A stretch of 64,000 bases of DNA from Octopus sinensis (taxonomy: Eukaryota): the NCBI RefSeq assembly GCF_006345805.1, contig NC_043001.1:78058001-78122000 (forward strand). Reading direction: 5' to 3'. Both the position numbers and the translations under genes were made by a program. Under the pieces are notes generated by a model. The model was given only the letters and a program-made list of their open reading frames with translations. It did not search any database and was not told where the DNA came from. Of this stretch, positions 52,611-64,000 are shown piece after piece; position 1 is the stretch's first letter, and every line of letters starts with the position of its first letter.

Positions 52611-53736
52611 GTATGTATGTTTATATATGTATGTAAGTATGTACGCATATATGTATGTATGCGGTTGGGAAGCCAGCTTGTTACCACACACACACACACT
52701 GATCACATATAGCCGTTCGATTTGCTACCCGACGTACATTTTATAGACAGGGGTGGGGGTGAGAGCTGTACAAAAAGGAAAGAAAACGTGAGAGAAATGT
52801 CTAAACCAAACTGGACTGACTTGGTTCACATCACAGCATAGTGCTACAGGCGAATAGCATTGTCATAACGAATATTCCAACTGTGACGGACCGGCATCCC
52901 GTCGAGGCGGGGAAGCTAGACGCCAATGAAACTGGGAAATCGGCCCTTATCAGCCAGCCACAGGTCAAGAAGGAACAAGCAACAGCGGCATAACGAATAT
53001 TGAATCTTATTTCTGGTATTGTATACATTCAGATTCTCAAATTCTCCGAAGAGCAAACCTATATAAAGCTAAAAAAAATAACACGAACAACAACTTCTAC
53101 AATGACAACAACAACAACAACAGCAACAACGATAATAAATAGTAAATGTACAAAAATAAAACAGCCACTTCTCGTTGTGTGTCATTAGCAAGAGTGAGAT
53201 TCCATTACATTGATGACGCTGTCGTAAGAAGCCATAAAGTCGAAACGACGAGGAGGTGAAAGAAGGGGAGCAGTGGGAGGAGAGGAATAAGAAAAAGGAG
53301 TTGCAGGATGATGGAGAAGGGAGGAGTGAAAGTGGAGAAAGCTATTAGTGTGAATATTTTTAAACTGTGACTCAACGGTTTATTGTTTCGTTGGAGTTGG
53401 CTTAGTTGTCTATTCATTTATCTATTCATTTTGTCGCTGTCATTGTTATCGTTATGGTCGTCGTGATTGTCGTCGTCGTCGTCGTCGTCATTTATAATTG
53501 ATGTATTTATCTTCACAATTAACATTAAAAATCATCAGCATCGTTAAAATTGTGATCAGTTGTAACAACCATCCCCCATCAACTCGAACATCACTACCGC
53601 CGCCGCCACCACAACCACCATCATCATCATTATCTACATCCATTTTGTCCCTCTTCCATACTATGATGATGATTATGATGACGATGATGTTGGTGATGTT
53701 GCTGCTGCAGCTGCTAATGATGGTGATGACGATGGA

Positions 53737-53784
<48 letters not shown>

Positions 53785-54640
53785 CATGAGAAAGATATTG
53801 TTGATGATACGAAAGATGATGATGATGACAACCACCAACATCACCAACATTGTCTACAGTGCTACCTCAAGCTCAACCACCACCGCCGCCACAGCCGACG
53901 CCACCACGACCACCACAACCACCATCATCATCATTATCACTATCACCACTACCATCATCGTCATCATCATTATCGTTTCCATGCGTGAAATCATCATCAT
54001 GTCCGGTGTATCAACGGACATGATCCGAGTTGTTAATAAGTTTAATTAGCAATCACGAACTTATATTTTCCGTCCTGCTACCAGTTACCTTTCGCAAGAA
54101 TATTTCACATTAGCCTCCTTTACATCAACGTCCTACCCAAACTTTTGGCCACGATTGTAAGGTAGAATGAAACGGTATGCATAACATATTGAATACTATA
54201 TGTTCAATGACGCTCATAGATCATCCAGTCTGATGCCACTGTTTGTCGTATCTCTATGTCTTCGACAAGAGCATTTTGTTAAAAGCATTTGGTGTAGGCT
54301 CCATTGCACAAGACGACACTATTTGATCCACAATATGCAACAAAAAAAACAAAAAAAAAAAAAGAAGTCTTAACAAAAACATACTCCTCCCTAGAAGGTG
54401 ACTTAACTCCTGTTTGTAAACAATGGTGATTTCTTTGACTTGAAAATTGTTAAAAGTTTTGGGTGAAAATTTATTTTGACACCTATTCTCTAGTGCCTCT
54501 GGGAAAAGTAAGTTGACGAAGCTACAGCTAGGGTCATGACGAATGTCCTCCAAAAATTGGAGCGACATGCTTGCTAATTTGTGGACGTGCATAAATTACA
54601 ATCACGCACGCACGCACACACACACACACATCCTGCCTTT

Positions 54641-54685
<45 letters not shown>

Positions 54686-55371
54686 GTGTGTGTGTGTGTG
54701 TATACATGAACAAACATATAGTGCTCTTTTTTATTTTGGGGGCAGCCAGATTTGAACAGTCTCAATTGTAACTGCCCGAAACTGTAAGGATAATTTGGTA
54801 ACTTGACTAATGAGAAGCTGCGAATGACCCGTCCTTGTATTTTCCTGTCCGTCTTAGCATTGTCTATGTGTCCGGCTGCTTTGTCTTCGTTTGTTGCGTT
54901 CTTGTTCCATTTTGTAGATTTATATGTATATATAACAGCGTACGGTACACTTTTACTCACTTTGTAAGAATGTATCTAAATTTTGTACGACTCTTTTACT
55001 CTTTCTTTCAACCCCCCTCATACTTTCTTCCTTCTTTCATCTTTTCTTTTTCTCGTTCCCCCATCTCTCACATCTTTTGACTTTCTCTTTCTTTAATTTC
55101 TACTTTTCCCCCTCGTTTATCTCCCATGTACCTTTCTCTATGTCCCTTTCATTTCCTCTCTCTTTTTGTTCATTCCCCAATCCTGATGTTCCCTCGCTCT
55201 CTCTTTTCCTTCCACGTGACCAGTATTCGGCCAGGCATGATCTTTCTTTCTTGGCTCGACTGCCCGGCCGCAAACAATCTCTGATGTTCCTGTCTCTTGA
55301 CTTTCATCTCTTATGTTCATCTTCTATGTTCTTGCCTCAAGGCTTCCACTCTACACAGGTCAGTTCAACTT

Positions 55372-55574
55372 AATTCTACTTTAGGCACTAGGCCCGAAAT
55401 GTTTTGAAGGAAGGGGCCAGTCGATTAGTACGTGACTGGTACTTAATTTATCGACCCCGAGAAGATGAAAATCAAAGTCGACCTCGGCGGAATTGGAACT
55501 CAGAGCAAAAAGACAGACGAAAAACCGCTAAGTATTTGGCCCGCCATGCTAACCTTTCTGCCAGCTCACCGCCT
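55372..55574 (-). mobile_element. SINE family A
   Basis: Reverse complement of the 4193 head and core (ctgccagctcaccgcctt). Confidence 0.85.
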
Positions 55575-56133
55575 TGTATAACGTATATATTATAACGGGA
55601 TTTAATTGTTCCCACTTGTGTTATTAGCTACAAATATTTATCAACAGGAATATCTCATAGGTAAAATAAGATAATTCTGTGTATTTTGCTAATGACAGCA
55701 CCAGCCATAGAGATATTTACGCGGTATTCTCACCAGGCTTATCATATAGAACTATACATTCTGCGTCTTAAAGAGAATAAGTTACGATTTAAAGAGAATA
55801 AGTTACGAATAAGTTACGATTTTGTGTTTCAGTAGATCAACACAGAACCTAAGGTCCTCAGTTTCACAGTGATGATGCAGTAAATTATTATGTTAGAACC
55901 TAGGTCCTTCTCTGTCCCCCAAATTGCATATAATTGCTTTATAAAGCATAAGGATTTTTCATGCTTCTTTACCTTTTGGGTTTGCCACCACGTAATCTGG
56001 GGTTGACTACAGATGTACTGCTCCGTGGCGACCAATCGCTTGTGAGTGAATTTGGCAGATGGAAACCTTGTGGAAGACCGTAAAATACACACACACATCT
56101 ATCTATATATGTCTGTGTGTGGGCATATATCTA

Positions 56134-56229
<96 letters not shown>

Positions 56230-56242
56230 CCTCTCTCTCTCA

Positions 56243-56320
<78 letters not shown>

Positions 56321-56897
56321 TTGTGTGTGTGTATACATAATCATACGCATATATGTGTACATTAGTATATTTTGTGTTTTATTTTGTTCTACAATATCGC
56401 GTAACGTTAGAATTTGGTCTTTCCACGTCCTGGTAACTTAACGATTCGGTAAAAGGAAACCATTGGAATACGTACCAGACTTTAAATTTAAATAAGTAGA
56501 TTCAGTTGTTCGGAGTAAACCTTCAATGCTGGTATCTAAACATTTGCAATACAATGCCCGCAAAAAAGATATAAAAGGCAAGAATGTATGTTATAATTTG
56601 TTCTGCAAAACAGAATCTGTTAAGTTTCGTAAGGAGAGTGAAGTATAATGTTTTAGAGCTTGCAAATATCTCTTTGGCACAATAGGTACCAACATGCAAA
56701 AACTAACTGGGAATTTGTATATTTTATTAGCAACAGTTTCAATGCAAACTCTAGGTCACCATACGATTTCTGTACCTAGAAATAAAGGGGTAGTTTCATG
56801 ATGTAGGTGTATACATTCTACATTTAATTCTATTTTCTCTACATATACATACATACATATACATACACACACACACATATATGAAAGTATGTATGTG

Positions 56898-56945
<48 letters not shown>

Positions 56946-58097
56946 TATATGCATATATATCGATAGATATATCTATATCTATATACTTATAAATGATATA
57001 TATATATATATTGACACAGATATATGTATCCATATGTGTGTGAATATGTGTATCTGAATATAGCGATTAATTTATATAACTATATATGAATGTACATGTT
57101 GCACACAGACACATATCTATATATATATGTACATGTATATATATCTGTGAACATTTATATATATATATATATATATTGGTATTTTTATCTATGTATCTAT
57201 CTCATATAGATACATGTGTATGTATGTATATATGTATGTATCTATGTGGGTATGTATATATATATGTATGTACCCATCTATGAACAAGCACACTCATGCA
57301 CACATGCATACATACAAACGCATGCGCGCACACACAGATATTACAAAAGCTATTTCCTCTTCAAAATAGAATTAATTTCAAATCGTAAATTAAAATCTGT
57401 GCTATTTTTCTTTTATTTTTTATCAATTCCCCTCCCTTTCCTAATATTCTTGATCAATATTAAATATTATTTTTTTCCCTTACACCTTAATGCAGTAAAG
57501 CAAAAGACAAAAAAAGATATTGTTATATTTAAATTTCGATTTCGAATGCAAATTTTATTTAATTTCTTTCAGTATTTATTGTATCGTATTTTTGTATTTC
57601 CTTTTCTTGTTTTGTTGTCAGCTCAAGTCGATTTATTTCTGGTGTGTATAACGTGAAAACCCAAGCAAAAAGAAAGTAAAATACAAAAGCAAAACACACA
57701 CAAAAAACATAAATATATAAAAACAAGAAGAAAAAGTTTGTCATAAGTGATTGAAGGAGATGGCATTACGAAAGAAAAAGTGGATATTAAAATTAATAAG
57801 ATGATTCGAGATGACGTTTAAAAATTAATTAATGAATATGAAAATACATTATCGATGATGTATTTACAAATTTGTCAGAAAAATGTTAAACGAAAACACA
57901 AAGACATATACATAGCTACAAACACACACACAGACACACATATGATATGATATACCTATATATATATATGTGTGTGTGTGTATGTACGTGTGTACGTGTG
58001 CATGTGTATGTGTGCAATGTTTTCATATTATATCATTTATATACATATATGTATATAAATAATGATGTATGTACATCTATGTATGTATGTATGTATG

Positions 58098-58130
<33 letters not shown>

Positions 58131-58582
58131 TATATATAGACACACACATATATATATATGCATAAACATACACACACACACATATACATAAATTTAAATG
58201 AATATAAACGTATGTATGTATATATGTATGTTTGTATGTAATTGTATGTGTAATGAATAGAAGCTTTCAGAAATTATAATATATTGTGATTTCGTTTCAA
58301 TTTTAGGAGCGCTGAATAACCATCTGAGACTAAAAATATAATAACTTTCATCCAAATATCAATCACGTTTGCAAAATATTTTTTGTGAACATGGTTCAAA
58401 GTTCACGATCTTGCCTAATATGGGTGAACATATGGGAAGGGACATATATCATTGTGTTTTGATTGTGAAGTGTGAATCACTCCTCTTGGCTTCGTTAGAA
58501 ATGATAAAACTTCAAGGGTTATAGTATATGACTCCGTTCTCAGAAGGCCGTAAGATATTTTAGGCAAAACTAATGTATTTAA

Positions 58583-58860
58583 TCTGTTGTGTCTGGGGAG
58601 AGTCATTTTCTTTTTTGTGCCTTATAATGTAACACACTCACCGGTAAAATTTCCACTTATTTCTTATTTTTATTTTCGTAAAACTTTCGTTGCGTCTTGC
58701 AACCTTTTAATAGTCAAGACTATTGAAAAGACTATTGAAAAGGTTGCAAGACGCAACGAAAATTTTAGGAAAATAAAAGTAAGAAATAAGTGGAAATTTT
58801 ACCGGTGAGTGTGTTACATTATAATGCACAAAAAGAAAATGACTCTTCAGACACAACAGA
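58583..58860. repeat. ~280-bp near-perfect palindrome (fold-back element)
   Basis: Arms of ~133 bp (tctgttgtgtctg...aatagtc / gactatt...cagacacaacaga) with a 2-nt loop plus a 12-bp duplication at the centre. Confidence 0.92.
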
Positions 58861-60429
58861 ATATGCTTCAACACACGAACTCATATAAAGAATCTTGCAA
58901 ACTAAATCCAAAAACGAAATAATGTATTTAAGTTATCATTATCATCCGCTCGGGTGACTTTCCCAGACGAATGGAACTCCTCCGTGCCAAATGTCCCGAT
59001 CAAGCGAAGTGGCATGAACATCTCACTTCTATTCTTGGTCATATTAGTCTTTTACTTGCTGATGTATCATATCTGCGCTCCCCACATCTACAGTGATACT
59101 TGTTCGCAAACTGAACTAGTTTATTGTGGCCATTGGCAATTTGCTGACTCTTCCACATCTCATTATCTAGTGATATTCACCATTGATTCATTCAGATTTA
59201 TTTTCGGATATAGTTCACATCAACCATGCTGCATTCCATGACTTCAACGTCCTGGTTATGTCTTTAAACTGCATCAGGAAGTGGAGCCCTGGTTCCGGTG
59301 ATCCAGGTTTGAAGAGTGTAGAACCAATCCTTAACAACTAATGTTCCCAGGTGTACTCTGACCCGTAGTAGTCACATCTGTTAAGATCCCAGCTATAGAG
59401 TCAATAGCATGAAACTACCCAAGCCAGGGTATGTTGAAATCATGTGATATTAATGTAATGGTAATTTCAATACATGGATCGTATAATTATTTAGCAGGTT
59501 TGGGCGTACACATGCCAGTCACTAAAGCAACAGAGAGTGAGAAACAATTACTGCAGTTAAAAATTCGAGGATGGAAGTATTGAGTGTAATGGTTCACGGT
59601 AAATAATTAATCATTACTTCGTCTAATCAAATAAATTTATTATCATACGTGTCTTATATAATGGTTTCAGTACAGATTGAAAGTAAGCATGTAAATTTGT
59701 GTATTCAGGTGAGTTTAGTCTCAGTTCTCTTAAGTGGTTAAACCGACTTGTAAAATATTTCTTACAGATAATTTTCTGGATCGGTGATCTATATTATTAA
59801 ATAGAACAAATCTAAAGACGACATACAGCTGCACGACATATGAAAATACTATTGCCCTCTAATATGAAAAATTTAATAACAAGTTAAGCGACAAAATTGG
59901 CAAAGACTAAATGCACAAGCAGATATACAAACGCATTTTCGTGAAAGGATTGTCTAACAGGCTGTACTTAACTGTGCATAAATTCTAAGCTGATATAGCG
60001 GAAGAGAAATTTAAACAACATCAAACTCTATCACACTTCTCTCATCTTAATTACAGAAAAGTGGAATGCAGCAAAATTATCCAGAATGTATAAATGCATA
60101 TGCAATATTTCCGACTGGCTAAATCGTTCGCTTCGCAACTTCTTTGGCTCCGTTCGAACCCATTCCGTGATAATGTGAGCAAATAATATTTTCATATGAA
60201 ATTTTCATATTTAAATTGGATACATGGAACCCGTATAGAATCTTCTCCGGTGAATTTTGCATGTAATTAAAAAAGGTGACAACAGCCATGTCATACTCTG
60301 GGTCACTCTGATTCGGCCTTAGAATTAAATTATGGATGCACGTGTCAACTGTTTACACGATAATTCGGAATTGGCAGCATTAAGGCGTTAGATGGGTTAT
60401 GACGTTATGGTAAATCACTTGCAGGGCAC

Positions 60430-61043
60430 CGTTCTACATCAAGATCGAGAGATGTACGTCCGCCGAAGAAGCGGCGAAAGGTTATCTCGTGCCTGTGTGA
60501 AGAGACAGTGAAATATGAGGGACGCAATGTAATGGTATGGTGAGTGATCACTGCTGATGGATACTGTCCACTTATTCGCCTACAAAGGACTGTCAATGCC
60601 GAAATCTACAAGCAGTTTCTTAAACAGTGTGCCTTTCGATATCTCCGATCCTCGTCCGTTTAGCCTCCTATCTTCATGCAGGTCAATACTCCCTGTCACA
60701 CTGCGAAGAGAGTCAAAGATGTTGTGAGTGATAAAGGGGTTGGTCTCATGGACTGGCTACCTCAAACTCCAGATCTCAGCCCTATAGAAAACGTTTGGCA
60801 GATTATTGGAGATGGGTTCGGAGGGGAAATCCAAAGAACCAACATGAATTATTGAAAAACGAATGGAACAATATTACTCCATCATTTTGCAAGAAATTAA
60901 TTCAGTCCTGTGGTAACAGTTATCAGGAGGTCATTGATAGTAAAGGAATGTTCTCAAAATATTAATGGTAAGGGTTTCTTTTCTGTTCTTGTTCCACTTT
61001 TCATTGTATTCTAAGTGACCCTTAAATTTTGGCTGTTGCAGTG
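60430..61043 (+). mobile_element. Tc1 (DD34E) transposase pseudogene, 3' part with TIR
   Basis: YVRRRSGERL, VMVW, FMQVNTPCHTAK, WLPQTPDLSPIENVW and KG...KY*; the 3' TIR-like segment ends ...aaattttggctgttgcagtg. Confidence 0.85.
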
Positions 61044-62116
61044 TGGAAAATAATTTGTTTATTTCCTCATAACTTACGAAATAGTTATTCCATTCACTTG
61101 AAATTTTCACGAAAGATAGATATTTGATATATCACAGTATGTATTGAATATCTAGTCTCCACGTTTTGTTAATCTTCTATAATAAATATTTCAAATCACT
61201 TGTTCACTTATATTATGGCTGCCACTGTATATCTACACACAAATACACGGGATGGAGCATGCAAAAGAAGTCCGGGTTCGGTAGCTTCATGCAAATAAAT
61301 GTATACGCACGAGAAAGTACCCAGCCTTTCGTTTGCAAGTGTCATTGTGTTATTTCGACCGCCTGTAACAGCTATTCAGAAACCATGTGCAGTAATTAAC
61401 TAGTTTACTCTTGTCATTCACTTTTAATTGCTCTACACATGTGAAATGATATGCGTTCAACTTTAAATTATCAACACCAATTTGCATGACCTCCTGAGCA
61501 TGTGAGACTGCTGTACCAATTTCCGTGTTGACTTTTTCGGACTTCGACCAATGACCTGAGTAACTTTAACGAATGTCTTGAATGAATTCTGGCGTTCGAA
61601 CTGACCCCGTAGCACGCCTCTTCTTAATCAAGATTTGTATCGTTCTCTTTGTAGTAACAACAGTGACTCTTGCAAAGGAAACACTGCAAGCCTTTTCATG
61701 TCTGCAGATTTATTTCTATATTTCAACCATGCTCCGTAGCCCTGGCTATTTTTTCTTGCACCACCTTGAACACATGTGTGTATGCATACACACACAAACA
61801 CGTACACACACAGACATAAATGTCTATACATACACGAGGGTGGGCTATAAAATTCATAGGCTAAAAATAAAGAAGGGATGCTAGAGCTGCGATGTATTAC
61901 ATGCATTAATTTTAAATATGCATATTAAAACCTGCATTGTTTCTTTCCAGGTAAACTGGTATTTGGCTGTTCAAGTAAAGCTTCAAATGTTACTAGTGGC
62001 AACTTCTCTTGAAATTGGTCAAAAATTGGCATCTAGGTGTTGCCAAGTATCTGTAGAAAAAGTGTCTAAACCCCAACGACATTCTTGCTGGCATCGTTTC
62101 TATATTAAGGGTTAAC

Positions 62117-62620
<504 letters not shown>

Positions 62621-62704
62621 GAGTGCAAATATGGGCAGCAGAAATTAAAAGAAGGGAGAGATCTGAAGATGTCTGAAGGTCTTTATATTCTGCAATGGCA
62701 ACCA

Positions 62705-63010
62705 CTAAGGATAACACTGATCGTATTCAGCACATGGCCATGGATGATAGCTGATTGATTATGTATCACATAGCCTACGCTATTAGCATATCCCGTAAGA
62801 GTGTTGAGAATATTCTCCAAAACGACGAAGTGAGCGCCAAGTCTTCTGTCATCTGATCAAAACTGCACCAGGCTGAACGCATCATGTGAAAATATGACAG
62901 TACTTTAAGGAAGATCCAGCTGGCTTCCTTCAATATTTCGTAAGCCAGGAGGATTGTACGGTTCATCATGTACAAAGAGACAATCCATGTAGTTGAAACT
63001 GCCTTCCTCA
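62705..63010 (+). mobile_element. Mariner transposase fragment
   Basis: NTDRIQHM..D, IAYAISISRKSVENIL, VSAK, EDPAGFL..FVSQED..VHH and QSM. Confidence 0.65.
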
Positions 63011-63295
63011 CCATCTTCGTTTCATTTGCAAGGAATGCAAACACACACACACACATACAGAAACACACATATTTGTGAGTGAGGTGCAGTAAGAGGAGGA
63101 GAGAGGTGGAATAACAGAAATATAGAGATAGACACTCGAAGATGTATGGAATGCGGAAAATAGTAAACACAGTACATTGTATTGTTAGAGAAAGGATTTC
63201 AAGAGTCGACAACCGATGGTCGTCGGCACTACAAACAGACGTCTGCGCCGCCGTCACCACCGTCACAGCTACCACTACTGCAAGCACCATCGCTG

Positions 63296-63327
<32 letters not shown>

Positions 63328-63447
63328 ATTAACAGCAGTATCAACCTTAGTATATTCAGCATCAGCATCAGCAACAGCATCAGCATCAGCATCATCATCC
63401 TCCTCATCATCATCATCATCACCACCATCATCATCATCATCATCATT

Positions 63448-63503
<56 letters not shown>

Positions 63504-63610
63504 AATCATCACCATCATCATCATCACCATCAGCATTGTCACCATCATCATTGCCATCACCAAAGACGTTTCGTCTGTATGTAATTCCGACAATATTAAT
63601 AACGTCAATA

Positions 63611-63676
<66 letters not shown>

Positions 63677-64000
63677 TAATAATGACGATGATGATGATAT
63701 CATCAACAACAACAACCTAAACATTTATAACAACTAAAACGACAGCAATAACAACAGCAACGACAATATTATTGCAAGTGGCGCCAAGAACGGAGACATC
63801 GATCTTTAGCAGATGTACACACGTTTATAAGTACATGGCAATACCAAATTCACTATCGTATACGCGCGTACTTCCATTCAAGAACTCATTCGCAGTCTCT
63901 TACAAACACACACACACGCACACAAACACACACACATACATTTACGGATATACAGATGCATACTTACCTACATACATACCAACGTACGTACATATATACA

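Noticed and set aside
53498-54049. 183-aa poly-Met/Thr/Ile ORF and similar poly-IY, poly-N and poly-L ORFs across the window
   Set aside because: They are stop-free translations of di-, tri- and tetranucleotide repeats.
54254-54592. 112-aa minus-strand ORF
   Set aside because: It contains a poly-A-derived FFFLFF run and no recognisable domain.
62775-63608. Longest ORF in the track (277 aa)
   Set aside because: It is a composite of (ATC)n/(AAC)n repeats and the antisense strand of a mariner fragment.

Overview
This is AT-rich, microsatellite-dense eukaryotic non-coding DNA. The SINE families resemble those of octopod cephalopods (Octopus); this is recognition by eye, not a database result. 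No host protein-coding exon could be supported, and nearly all long ORFs in the track are microsatellite read-throughs. The window is a mosaic of transposable elements: three tRNA-SINE families, a 5'-truncated Tx1/L1 LINE, R4/Dong-type LINE pieces, Penelope-like (PLE) fragments, an internally deleted Gypsy with both LTRs, two Helitron derivatives, Tc1/mariner remnants and MITEs. Two signals stand out. First, about 10 minimal type-I hammerhead ribozyme (HHR) motifs lie in several small repeat families, with stem covariation, palindromic helix III and one tandem pair that would release a ~294-nt RNA. Second, microsatellites appear partitioned as insertion targets: Tx1 in (TATC)n, HHR/PLE units in (TA)n, and R4-like/SINE-A in (ATT)n. 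Several long fold-back hairpins and near-identical tandem duplications (possibly assembly artefacts) are also present. Repeat boundaries are approximate.
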